DNA from: Candidatus Latescibacterota bacterium
Lineage (GTDB): Bacteria; Latescibacterota; UBA2968; GCA-2709665
DNA: 64,000 nt
Assembly (NCBI GenBank): GCA_965226795.1
Contig: CBDDDZ010000005.1
Coordinates: 2,624,001-2,688,000, forward strand
Reading direction: 5' to 3'
The position numbers were made by a program, and so were the translations under genes. A model generated the notes under the pieces. The model was not told where the DNA came from. It was given only the letters and a program-made list of their open reading frames with translations, and made no database searches. This document shows, piece after piece, positions 11,253 to 20,241 of the stretch. Each line of letters begins with the position of its first letter. Positions within the stretch are counted from its first letter, which is position 1.

Positions 11253-12017
11253 ATGTCAGAAGATATCGGACCGATCCTGAAAAACTGGCCTTACGATCCA
11301 CAGAATAGCATTCGTAAAGTAATCGATCCCCGGGGAGTGGAGAAAATCCAGGTACGTGTGGACCAGGGCGCGTTTCAGGGCGTTTTACAGATGGAACTGG
11401 ACGGCCGCCCCGACGGCCAGAAACCCTACAATCAGACCTTTGTCCTTGACTACCACAAGAAGCTGTTGCAAAAACACGTGGGCGCGTCCGGATCGACCGC
11501 TGGCTTCAATTTGGACGAGCACGCCTGTTCCGAAATATTCGATGAAAGCAGGCGGATATATGAGCGCTACGTATTTCTGCTCCAGATTCGAGACTACAGC
11601 CGGGTTGTGCGCGATACGGAAAGAAATATGGAAGTCTTCCGCTTTGTAAACCGGTATGCTGAACGCGCAGAAGACCGGGAAAACCTGGAAAAGTGGTGGC
11701 CATACATTCTCAGAATCCACGCCGTCGCCAGGGTGATGATCGCGACCCGGCAGGAGGACTACGACTCTGCCCTCGAAATTATCCGCGAGGCGCAAACGAA
11801 GATTGCGAACCTCAAGGGTGTGGAGGCGGAGGAGTTCGAAATAGAAAAGAAGCGCTCTCAGAATTCCCTTGGAGAACTGGAAGACGAAATACAGGGCAAA
11901 CGTCCGCAGAGCCCCGCGGAAAAACTCAAAGAGGAATTGGCTCAGGCCGTTGAGGAAGAGGACTTTGAGCGCGCCGCAGCCATCCGCGACAAAATATGGG
12001 AGTTGGAAGAGAACTGA
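11253..12017 (+). CDS. Conserved hypothetical protein with C-terminal UvrB/UvrC (UVR) motif
   Basis: C-terminal LKEELAQAVEEEDFERAAAIRDKI; N-terminal GVLQMELDGRPDG. Confidence 0.75.
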   Translation: MSEDIGPILKNWPYDPQNSIRKVIDPRGVEKIQVRVDQGAFQGVLQMELDGRPDGQKPYNQTFVLDYHKKLLQKHVGASGSTAGFNLDEHACSEIFDESRRIYERYVFLLQIRDYSRVVRDTERNMEVFRFVNRYAERAEDRENLEKWWPYILRIHAVARVMIATRQEDYDSALEIIREAQTKIANLKGVEAEEFEIEKKRSQNSLGELEDEIQGKRPQSPAEKLKEELAQAVEEEDFERAAAIRDKIWELEEN

Positions 12018-12259
12018 TTTTCTGTCCCGGAAACATACGGTTGTTCTCTCGGATGCTGCCCAAGTGCAACGGGTTTCCGTTCCATTTCGTACGTCACCGC
12101 GAAAAAACATGGTTTCTTCACTCAAAATAGTCAAATTCCGCGGGCGCCTGCAAGACCTTTAACACACGGACGCAAGTGGTACCTGACACGATTCCCGGTA
12201 CGTCGTCCGTTCGAGTGGACGTGAACGCCCGCAGGAATCCGCACGGAATCAAAAACACC

Positions 12260-12288
12260 TTGACTTTTGGGTTCAAAATCGCTACAAT
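12260..12288 (+). promoter_or_regulatory. Sigma70-type promoter upstream of the ilvB leader
   Basis: TTGACT-N17-TACAAT. Confidence 0.65.
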
Positions 12289-12419
12289 ACGTCCCTGAAA
12301 ATGCAGATCATCTGTCACCGCGTCGACCGCCGGCATTTCGCCGGGACGGGGTCTCAAGGCGGCCAGGCTGCCGGGAGCCGTCGTAAAGGATTTCCACCGT
12401 GTTTCTGGATTTTCGCGAT

Positions 12420-12506
12420 ATGCACGTTACAGTCCTGGTCGGCAATAGCGTAAACCGGAACGGCGTCCTTTTTGTATCCGTATCCCCGCGGCGGCAGGGC
12501 TCTTAG
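12420..12506 (+). CDS. Putative Val-rich leader peptide of ilvB (28 aa)
   Basis: MHVTVLVGNSVNRNGVLFVSVSPRRQGS (7 Val, 2 Leu), just upstream of a terminator; RBS weak. Confidence 0.5.
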   Translation: MHVTVLVGNSVNRNGVLFVSVSPRRQGS

Positions 12507-12534
12507 CCGGATTGGCAAATACACGAATTCAGCC

Positions 12535-12568
12535 CGCCGTCGATGCCGATTCGACGGCGTTTTTGTTT
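12535..12568 (+). terminator. Intrinsic terminator in the ilvB leader
   Basis: CGCCGTCGA-7 nt loop-TCGACGGCG then TTTTTGTTT. Confidence 0.75.
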
Positions 12569-12589
12569 GCTGGTATATACAACGCGAAT

Positions 12590-12618
12590 TTGACGGATCG
12601 CCACTGCATGTTTATATT
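12590..12618 (+). promoter_or_regulatory. Second, proximal sigma70-type promoter of ilvB
   Basis: TTGACG-N17-TATATT. Confidence 0.55.
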
Positions 12619-12662
12619 GCATAATTATAAAATGGTTTTTTAAACTCAGGAGTATACGGCAA

Positions 12663-14438
12663 ATGACAAAGGGAACAGAGCAAATTCGCGCTTCCGAGAC
12701 CAACGGACGCCCCGAACAGCGGGCGGGGTTCGGGGGTGTGTCTTCGCCCCCGGCATCCCCGGTGAAAGGCGCGGATATCCTGGTGGAAGCGCTGGTCAGA
12801 GAAGGTGTCGATGTCATCTTCGGATATCCCGGCGGCGCCAGCATGGAGATTCATCAGGCGCTCACCCGTTCCAGGATACGCAACGTCCTGTGTCGACACG
12901 AACAGGGTGAAATCTTTGCCGCGGAAGGATTTGCCAAGGCATCGGGCCGGGTTGGCGTGTGTCTGGCCACGTCAGGGCCGGGAGCCACCAACCTGGTCAC
13001 CGGTTTGGCGGACGCCAAGATGGATTCAGTTCCCCTGGTGGCTATCACGGGTCAGGTGGCGACACACATGATTGGAGGCGACGCCTTTCAGGAGACGCCC
13101 ATTGTCGAGATCACCCGGCAGATTACCAAACATAACTTCCTGATCGATCGTATTGAGGATATTCCACGCATTGTAAAGGAATCATTCTACATCGCGAACA
13201 CGGGCCGTCCCGGACCCGTGTTGATCGATGTGCCGAAAGATATGCAGCAGGCAATGCATACTCCGGTCTGGCCGGACGGCGTGGCCATTCGAAGCTACAA
13301 TCCTCATATAAGAGCCGACGCCAAAGCCATCGATAACGTCGCCCGCGCCATCCGCGAAGCCAAACGACCGATCCTTTATGTCGGCGGCGGCATCGTGGCC
13401 GCCGGCGCGGCCGAGCAGCTTCGCGAACTGGTCCGGAAGACCAATATTCCCGTTGTGCAAACGCTCATGGGGCTGGGCGTTTTCCCGGAAACACATCCGC
13501 TCTCGCTCAGGATGGTTGGCATGCACGGCACCGTTTACGCCAACTACGCGATCAACCATGCGGACCTGTTGTTGGCTATGGGCGTCCGTTTCGACGACCG
13601 TGTCACCGGAAAGCTGGAGGAATTCTGCAAACACGGCAAAATCGTGCACGTCGACATTGACCCGTCCGAAATCAACAAGAACAAAATCGCGCACATTCCG
13701 GTTGTCAGTGACGTCAAATACGCCCTAGCGGATCTGAATAAACAGGTGGAGCCCGGAGACTACGCCGCCTGGCATGCCGAATTGGAAACCTGGCGACAGA
13801 AACATCCGCTCACGTACCAGGAAGTGGACGACGTGATCCTGCCCCAGCATGCCATAGATCTGCTGTACCGAATGACCGGAGGTAAAGCCGTGGTCTCTAC
13901 CGGTGTGGGACAGCATCAGATGTGGGCCGCCCAATATTACCTCTTCGACGAACCCCGCAACTGGCTCACGTCGGGCGGGCTGGGCGCCATGGGCTTCGGT
14001 CTGCCCGCCGCTCTGGGCGCCCAACTGGCCCGACCTGGCGACCTCGTCGTCAACATCGACGGCGACGGGAGCTTTGTGATGAATGTGCAGGAGCTTGCTA
14101 CTCTATATGTGGAGAAACTGCCCGTCAAGACAATCATCATCAACAACCAGCACCTGGGGATGGTGGTTCAGTGGGAAGACCGGTTCTACCAGAGCAACCG
14201 CGGGCACACGTTCATAGGCGATCCGGATGGCGGCATCCATCCCAATTTTGTCAAGATTGCAGAGGGTTTCGGCATTCCGGCCGCGCGCGTGGAACACAAG
14301 AAAGACCTTTGCGGAGCTCTGGAACGCCTGCTCGAGACGCCCGGCCCCTATGTGCTCGATGTGATCGTGCCCTACCAGGAGCAGGTCCTTCCCATGATTC
14401 CCGCCGGCCATACATTTGCAGATATAATTACCGAGTGA
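12663..14438 (+). CDS. ilvB: Acetolactate synthase large (catalytic) subunit
   Basis: [54 protein letters not shown], ThDP motif [15 protein letters not shown]. Confidence 0.95.
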   Translation: MTKGTEQIRASETNGRPEQRAGFGGVSSPPASPVKGADILVEALVREGVDVIFGYPGGASMEIHQALTRSRIRNVLCRHEQGEIFAAEGFAKASGRVGVCLATSGPGATNLVTGLADAKMDSVPLVAITGQVATHMIGGDAFQETPIVEITRQITKHNFLIDRIEDIPRIVKESFYIANTGRPGPVLIDVPKDMQQAMHTPVWPDGVAIRSYNPHIRADAKAIDNVARAIREAKRPILYVGGGIVAAGAAEQLRELVRKTNIPVVQTLMGLGVFPETHPLSLRMVGMHGTVYANYAINHADLLLAMGVRFDDRVTGKLEEFCKHGKIVHVDIDPSEINKNKIAHIPVVSDVKYALADLNKQVEPGDYAAWHAELETWRQKHPLTYQEVDDVILPQHAIDLLYRMTGGKAVVSTGVGQHQMWAAQYYLFDEPRNWLTSGGLGAMGFGLPAALGAQLARPGDLVVNIDGDGSFVMNVQELATLYVEKLPVKTIIINNQHLGMVVQWEDRFYQSNRGHTFIGDPDGGIHPNFVKIAEGFGIPAARVEHKKDLCGALERLLETPGPYVLDVIVPYQEQVLPMIPAGHTFADIITE

Positions 14439-14461
14439 ATACACGGAAAAAGGATCAACCG

Positions 14462-14491
14462 CCGGATGTTGTTCAACAGCATCCGGATTTT
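14462..14491 (+). terminator. Hairpin terminator after ilvB
   Basis: CCGGATGTTGTT/AACAGCATCCGG arms then ATTTT. Confidence 0.5.
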
Positions 14492-14501
14492 CGTGCGTGC
14501 A

Positions 14502-14532
14502 GGGAACGCCGGCCGCAGCGTGCGTGTCTAAG
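14502..14532 (+). promoter_or_regulatory. Putative ECF sigma-dependent promoter, copy 1 (autoregulatory)
   Basis: GGGAACGC-N16-GTCTAAG; same motif and spacing at 16607. Confidence 0.65.
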
Positions 14533-14670
14533 AATGTGGAATGACAAAATGCGGGCGGCGCGCCCAACCCTAGAAGCAGTGCGGGGCGGTTTATCGGATC
14601 ACAGCCAGTTGCCCCAATGCAGCCACCTTATCTGTTGGTTTGGATCTACGCCGTGTTTCCGGGAGCCCGA

Positions 14671-15261
14671 ATGGGTGAAGATCTGGATCTGGTCAGACGC
14701 TGCCAGGAGGGAGATCATCAGGCATACCGCGTCCTGGTAGAACGTTACGAAGGGCGCCTCTACAACCTTGCCTGTTCAATTCTGGGAGACCGGGAGGTCG
14801 CCAGGGATGCCGCCCAGACAGCCTTCATTCGAGCATACCAGGCCCTGCCCAGATTCCGGGCGGAATCGGGGTTTTACACCTGGCTCTATAAAATCGCCGT
14901 TAACGTCTGTCTCAACGCGGCCCAGAAAGAGAAGCGCCGTCGAGATTCAACCTCGCTCGATACCCTCCTGGAGTCCGGACGCTTCTCTTCCGAACACCTC
15001 TGGGAATTCCGAACACCCGCCGGCGATTTCGAGCGGCTGCAACTCCAGGAATCCATACAGAAAATTCTTAATCAACTCTCGCCCGACCATCGGCTGGTTA
15101 TCGTGCTGAAAGATATCGAGGGAATGTCGCAGGAAGAGATTTCAGAAACGCTGAATTGTTCGGTAGGTACGGTCAAATCTCGTCTCTCTCGGGCCCGGGC
15201 ACGTCTCAGGGATCTTCTACGGCCCGTATACAACGAGTGGAAAGAGGGGACATCGCCATGA
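14671..15261 (+). CDS. ECF-family RNA polymerase sigma factor
   Basis: Region 2 DAAQTAFIRAY...FYTWLYKIAVN; region 4 LKDIEGMSQEEISETLNCSVGTVKSRLSRAR. Confidence 0.93.
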   Translation: MGEDLDLVRRCQEGDHQAYRVLVERYEGRLYNLACSILGDREVARDAAQTAFIRAYQALPRFRAESGFYTWLYKIAVNVCLNAAQKEKRRRDSTSLDTLLESGRFSSEHLWEFRTPAGDFERLQLQESIQKILNQLSPDHRLVIVLKDIEGMSQEEISETLNCSVGTVKSRLSRARARLRDLLRPVYNEWKEGTSP

Positions 15262-15701
15262 AAGATTCCGAAGTCAAGGCCCTTTTACCCGATTACCTGG
15301 AATCCAACCTGCCGGCCGAACAAATGCGCGAGGTTGAGGCGCACCTCTCCGCCTCAGCCGCATGTCGGAAAGAACTGGATTATCTTAAGCGCATACAACG
15401 CCTGCTTGCCGCCAGACCCGAATCCGCGCCGCCTGGGCTCTGGCGGAACATTGCGCGGCATATTGTCGTCGAAGACGTCGCGGAGCCGTGGAAACAGTTT
15501 GAATGGGTAGGCAAGAGGTTTCTTCCAATTCTGGCCGCCGCGGTCCTGCTTCTGGCCGTGCTGGGCAATCTCACCACCGAAGCGCCCGCATTTACGCTGG
15601 AAGACTATCTGAAAGTGCAGTGGGCGGAAACGGACGTTGGCATGCTCTCCCAGGGTGAACTTTCCCGCGACGACATTCTATATATACTGCAGACGAGGTA
15701 G
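15258..15701 (+). CDS. Membrane anti-sigma factor with zf-HC2-like N-terminus
   Basis: ATGA overlap with the sigma gene; LLPDYL...EVEAHLSASAACRKEL; one TM helix. Confidence 0.8.
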   Translation: MKDSEVKALLPDYLESNLPAEQMREVEAHLSASAACRKELDYLKRIQRLLAARPESAPPGLWRNIARHIVVEDVAEPWKQFEWVGKRFLPILAAAVLLLAVLGNLTTEAPAFTLEDYLKVQWAETDVGMLSQGELSRDDILYILQTR

Positions 15702-15704
15702 CCC

Positions 15705-16598
15705 ATGTCGACAAACGCCACCCGCATGAAGGCCGTCCTGCTTGCGTTGGGCATTTTCGTCCTCGGAGCAGCCCTGGGTTCCACGTACCATCGCTGGCTT
15801 CCCACCGGCAAGGGTCAAGGGATTTTCGACCGGTCTGAACGCCGCCGCACGCCCCCGTTTGGCTCAACTTCGGAACGCCTGCTCAATCGATACGTTCGAA
15901 ACCTCGAACTGACCGGCGAGCAACGGACCGAAATCGAAAAGATCCTGGATGAAGGTCGGATAACGATGGGCAAAATGCGCAGGGAAATCCGCGCGAAGAC
16001 CGAATCGGTCACCCGAAAAACGCGGGCCGGGATTCGGGATATACTCACGCCGGATCAACAGGAGAAATTCGACGAATTGACAAGCCCTGTGTCTCCGGAA
16101 ATTATCCTGCGACAATTCACGAGGGATCTCGACCTCGACCTTGAACAACAGGCGACTGTGAGAAGTATCCTCAAAAAAAATTGGGCGTCGATGCAAAAAA
16201 TGCGCAGGAAGATCCGAAAGCAGTTGAGGACAAGGGAGGAACAGACACGCGAAAAAATGTACGGCGTGCTCACCCCGCAGCAGTTGAAACAAATCAAGGC
16301 ACGCAAACCGGTTCCCTTTCGGGGACTCAACCGAAGGTGGAACCTGGATTTATCGGATGAGCAACGAGCCAAAATCGAACAGATCGAGAAAGACGGACGA
16401 GGGGCAACCCGCCGGATATTCCAGGAACGCGACGAGCAACTCGCATCCATAACGGGGACGACATGGTCGGAAATCAAAACCGTGCTGCGTGCAAATCAGG
16501 TTGAGAAGTTCATAGAAATCACCGCCGGCATCGAGCGACGCATGGGATGGGAGCGCCAGTTCAGACGTAGATCCGACGGCAGGACGTTCAATTTCTGA
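15705..16598 (+). CDS. Spy/CpxP-like helical periplasmic protein with repeated LTxEQ motifs
   Basis: Hydrophobic N-terminus; LELTGEQ, ILTPDQQ, LDLEQQ, VLTPQQ, LDLSDEQ; basic and helical. Confidence 0.7.
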   Translation: MSTNATRMKAVLLALGIFVLGAALGSTYHRWLPTGKGQGIFDRSERRRTPPFGSTSERLLNRYVRNLELTGEQRTEIEKILDEGRITMGKMRREIRAKTESVTRKTRAGIRDILTPDQQEKFDELTSPVSPEIILRQFTRDLDLDLEQQATVRSILKKNWASMQKMRRKIRKQLRTREEQTREKMYGVLTPQQLKQIKARKPVPFRGLNRRWNLDLSDEQRAKIEQIEKDGRGATRRIFQERDEQLASITGTTWSEIKTVLRANQVEKFIEITAGIERRMGWERQFRRRSDGRTFNF

Positions 16599-16606
16599 TC
16601 GCATCG

Positions 16607-16637
16607 GGGAACGCACGGATGCAACCATCGGTCCAAG
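16607..16637 (+). promoter_or_regulatory. Putative ECF sigma-dependent promoter, copy 2
   Basis: GGGAACGC-N16-GTCCAAG, about 90 nt upstream of ATG 16728. Confidence 0.65.
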
Positions 16638-16740
16638 GTGTAGAGCCATTGTTGGATGTATATCCTCAACACGCTGGGTAACCGTCATTAAAGACGACAA
16701 GTCGGGAAAACCGAAAGGAGTAGAACCATGAAACGTCTAG

Positions 16741-18374
16741 GAGTCTGCGCCGCAGGAGTTTTTACAAAGGGCGAGATGTGTGTGTGTTGGGTTCGGTGTT
16801 ATGTTGGGAGTGGTATGATGAGTTTCGGGCGCGGTCATCGTGGCAGTCAGGCGTGTTGAGGACGAGATATTAGGGAGGTTGGCTTCCCGTATGTCGAGTC
16901 CACAAGGACAGGACGCCCTAACTCATGCCTCAACACATCGTCAACGCTGCCATCCGCTTGGCGTTCAACGCCAGGCAGACCAGGTACCACTCGGCACGCA
17001 CCTTTTCCAGACCCCGGAAGCTGAAGCGTCGGAAGCCCAATATCTCCTTGATCCATCCGTTGGGCGCCTCCGAGAGCCACTTGCGCTTCGCATACAGGCC
17101 CCGACCTTCCGGGCTCGCCAGTTTTTCGCCCATGCGATGCGTCGCCGGAAGCGTCTCCGAATCGACGTCCACCCTTTCCTTGCCCTCCCGCCCCAGCGCC
17201 ACGTAACCATCGATGCCACGTTCCTCAAGCGTGGCCAGGTCCTCCTCGTTGCAGTAGCCCGCGTCCGCCAGAACCGCACCGGGCTTGACCCCGAATGTCT
17301 CTTCCACCCCGTCGAGTAAGGGAAGCATGAGGCCCTGGTCGGTGGCCGCGGACCCCAGATGCGCAGCCACGATGATCTGACGCTCGGCGTCCACCACCGT
17401 CTGGGCGTTGTAGCACTGCTGGAAACCCTCCGCGCTCGTCTTCATGATCCGAGACTCGGGGTCCGTGAAGTTGCTCTGAGCTTTCGGGTCGGGCTCGCCA
17501 TAGGCTCTTTTGTACGGCCGCCCGCCCTTCGGGTTGCGATCCTGACCGGGCTTGCGCCCGCGCGCATCGTCGACGGCTCGTTGCGATGCTTTTAGACGCT
17601 CCCGAGCCGCCCTGATCGCCGCCAGACGAACCTGCCTGCGCTGCAACTCGACCGGCAACTCGTCGCCACGAACATCCGCGCCGTAACGCGCGTCCTCCTC
17701 GGCATCAATCGACACAGCCCCCGCCAGCAACGCCTCGATCTCTTTCTCCAGACGAGCCTGTTCCTTCAACATCCGCTCGTAACTCATGGCCTTGCGCTTG
17801 CTCGCCTTCGCTCGTACCTTCGTGCCGTCTAAAGATAGCGTCCCGAAATGTACCAGACCCATCTCCCGCGCCACACCAACCACCTCCACGAACAAACGCC
17901 CGAAATCTTTTAGGTGACGACGACGAAACTCGCAGATCGTCCGGTGTTGTGGAAAATTGCCTGCCGCCAACATACGAAACGCCACGTCCTCCTCCAGCTT
18001 CCGAGCGATCGCACGAGACGAATACACACCCGTCGCGTACCCATATATCAATACCTTCAACATCATCGATGGCTCATAAGGCGCGTTGCGACGCCCATCG
18101 CCTTCATACGGCGCGTAGAATGATCCCAGATCCAGTGAATCCACCAGATCGCTCACCTGATGCGACAGATGACCTTCAGGCACCCACTCCCGAAGATCAG
18201 GCGCCAACAGCAATATCTGGTCCGGGTGATACGCACGAAAGGTCGTCGGCATCGATAGCTCCCTCCGTTGACACAACGCACAACCTCTTTACTGCTTGAC
18301 ATTTCTAAACTGCACGACCCATTATACCTACCATTACCTGTCCATTGAAATGAATTTTCCTGCGGCGCAGACTC
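16741..18374 (-). mobile_element. IS1182-family insertion sequence, 1634 bp
   Basis: Perfect 17-bp TIRs GAGTCTGCGCCGCAGGA (16741-16757, 18358-18374); 4-bp CTAG target duplication (16737-16740, 18375-18378). Confidence 0.93.
16930..18252 (-). CDS. IS1182-family DDE transposase
   Basis: YEPSMMLKVLIYGYATGVYSSR, PQHRTICEFR, LDGTKVRA, NFTDPESRIMK, YNAQ, ADAGY, GFRRFSFRGLEKV. Confidence 0.93.
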   Translation of the reverse strand: MPTTFRAYHPDQILLLAPDLREWVPEGHLSHQVSDLVDSLDLGSFYAPYEGDGRRNAPYEPSMMLKVLIYGYATGVYSSRAIARKLEEDVAFRMLAAGNFPQHRTICEFRRRHLKDFGRLFVEVVGVAREMGLVHFGTLSLDGTKVRAKASKRKAMSYERMLKEQARLEKEIEALLAGAVSIDAEEDARYGADVRGDELPVELQRRQVRLAAIRAARERLKASQRAVDDARGRKPGQDRNPKGGRPYKRAYGEPDPKAQSNFTDPESRIMKTSAEGFQQCYNAQTVVDAERQIIVAAHLGSAATDQGLMLPLLDGVEETFGVKPGAVLADAGYCNEEDLATLEERGIDGYVALGREGKERVDVDSETLPATHRMGEKLASPEGRGLYAKRKWLSEAPNGWIKEILGFRRFSFRGLEKVRAEWYLVCLALNAKRMAALTMC

Positions 18375-18912
18375 CTAGACCTCATCGTTGCAATCGTCAT
18401 TCCCATTGTTGTCATCGCGTGGGCGCTGCCCTCGAACGCCCATCGCGGCAAGCGCGGCTGGAAAGCCCGGAAGTCGCCAATGGCAGCCCTGGAGCTCTCG
18501 GCAGAGCAGCGGACCAAGTTGGAAAGCTTCAAGCTGGAGCGGGCCAAACAGATGGCGCAGTTGCGTGCCGACCTGAAGGTGGCCAGGCTGGATCTCCAGG
18601 CCGCTATGCGGCAAGACGAGCCCAATCCCGCCGAAGTCAAAACGCGAGTTGCCGCCGTCAACAACGCACGATCCCTGATCCTGGAAAGCCGGGTCAACCA
18701 CCGGCTTAAAGTCAACAGCGTCCTGACCCCGGAGCAGCGGAACAAGCTTCGCGAGATGCGAAGGGATCGATCCCAGGGAGGATGGGGAAAGATGTGGCGC
18801 AAAGGTCGTTACCAGAAACGCTTACGGGGAATGGGACATCCACGCCCGGACCGCATCGACGAAGGTCCATCTTCGATTTGACTGAACCTTCCGGGATAGA
18901 AAGGTAACAGAG

Positions 18913-19689
18913 ATGTCGTTTCGCCGATTTGCCATCGCGTCCGTCGTTGTCTCCTTCACACTCCTCGGGTGCGGAAACAAGATCCCGATCGAGTCCCCTA
19001 CCGGCTCCACCGAAAGTTCAACTCAGGCCTCAAAGGCATCCACAGATGAGATAAGTTCCAAACTTGGTGACGAAAGTTCCAACAAATCACGGCGCGGTCA
19101 CCACAAAGGATGGGAACAATATATCTCGGCGCTGACCGACTCGCTGAGCCTCAGCGACGAACAGGTCGCGGATCTCAATGAACTCTTCGAGGACTATCGG
19201 GCTGACGTCGAGGCCCTGATGGATAGCGCCAAAGCGTCGGGCGACCGTACAGGGCTTCGGGAGAGTCTGAAGGAATCGAGACACGGATTTGAAGACGACT
19301 TCAACGACGTCCTCACGGAAGAGCAACAGACCAGACTCGCCGAAATCAAGGCCAATGCGGCCGCCCGAAGGAAGGACAGCGGGTGGGAACAGCGCATTGC
19401 CACACTGACCGACTCTCTGGGCCTCAGTGAAGAACAGGTCGCGGATCTGAATGGACTGTATGAAGACTACGAGGCAGACGCCCAGGCCCTGATAGATGCC
19501 GCCAAAGAATCGGAAGACCGTTCGGGTCTCATAGAGAAGCTGGACGAATTGAAAGAGAATTTCGAGGAAGACTTCAACGCCATCCTTACGGATGAACAAC
19601 AGGCGAAGCTGGACGAAATGAAATCCGAGGGGCGGAAGCGCACCGGGAATGGCCATCGACACGGTTGCAAAGGCCGAAAGGGCCGGTAG
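18913..19689 (+). CDS. Lipoprotein with two tandem Spy/CpxP-like acidic repeats
   Basis: Lipobox LLGC; two ~90-aa repeats GWEQ..LTDSL.LS.EQVADLN...F..DFN..LT.EQQ. Confidence 0.75.
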   Translation: MSFRRFAIASVVVSFTLLGCGNKIPIESPTGSTESSTQASKASTDEISSKLGDESSNKSRRGHHKGWEQYISALTDSLSLSDEQVADLNELFEDYRADVEALMDSAKASGDRTGLRESLKESRHGFEDDFNDVLTEEQQTRLAEIKANAAARRKDSGWEQRIATLTDSLGLSEEQVADLNGLYEDYEADAQALIDAAKESEDRSGLIEKLDELKENFEEDFNAILTDEQQAKLDEMKSEGRKRTGNGHRHGCKGRKGR

Positions 19690-19777
19690 TAACCCGAATT
19701 GCCTTGAAATCACAAGGGCGAAGGTCTATCTCTCGATGAATTCAAACCCTGAAACCTCAAACATAGAACGAAGAGCC

Positions 19778-19903
19778 ATGAACGCCACCGGCCACAGGTT
19801 CCTGGATCTTTCGCCGCTGGGCAGCGTAAACGGCGTCGTACGCCCTGTAATCGATTCTAATTCGGTCAATAATCACAGGACTCCGTGGCGGATTATGGTA
19901 TAG
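19778..19903 (+). CDS. Possible Val-rich leader peptide upstream of valS (41 aa)
   Basis: MNATGHRFLDLSPLGSVNGVVRPVIDSNSVNNHRTPWRIMV (6 Val); TTGAAA-N17-TATCTC at 19704-19732 upstream, strong terminator downstream. Confidence 0.35.
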   Translation: MNATGHRFLDLSPLGSVNGVVRPVIDSNSVNNHRTPWRIMV

Positions 19904-19926
19904 CAGCGCAAGCGAAAAACATCAGT

Positions 19927-19964
19927 AACCCGCCATCGAGCCCACTCGATGGCGGGTTTTTTTT
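19927..19964 (+). terminator. Intrinsic terminator
   Basis: AACCCGCCATCGAG-CCCA-CTCGATGGCGGGTT running into a T8 tract. Confidence 0.88.
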
Positions 19965-20039
19965 ATTGCTATTTACACCTCGAGGAATTCTGATCGCGAG
20001 GCAAGAACGCAGAGTGCGGCAATCCGTACAAATGGCTAC

Positions 20040-20178
20040 CGAATATAATTATCGGGAGGACAAACAGGCCAACATGCGGGCCGCCGCAGAGGTACCCTGC
20101 GATTGGCTGCGGCAGACAGGATTTCGGAATGTGGACTGTTACTACAAGATCCTCGAACTCGTCGTCTTCGACGGTTGA
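20040..20178 (+). pseudogene. C-terminal remnant of a class I SAM methyltransferase
   Basis: EDKQAN...DWLRQTGFRNVDCYYKILELVVFDG resembles methyltransferase C-termini; no N-terminal part found. Confidence 0.45.
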
Positions 20179-20241
20179 AGATTACGAGGTACGGAACCAA
20201 CGGATTCAGAGAATGGATAATTCCCTCCCGGGAGAATCAGA

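Larger units (their letters stand above)
16728..18881 (+). pseudogene. Spy/CpxP-family periplasmic protein interrupted at codon 4-5 by the IS element
   Basis: AAGGAG RBS, ATG 16728; removing the IS and one CTAG restores MKRLDLIVAIVIPIVVIAWALPSNAHRGK...MAALELSAEQ...VLTPEQRNKL in frame. Confidence 0.85.

Noticed and set aside
12301..12453. 50-aa ORF MQIICHRV... as the ilvB leader peptide
   Set aside because: Few branched-chain codons and stops far from the terminator; the 12420 ORF fits better.
19740..20240. T-box riboswitch upstream of valS
   Set aside because: No TGGNACC antiterminator bulge or recognisable stem I motifs.
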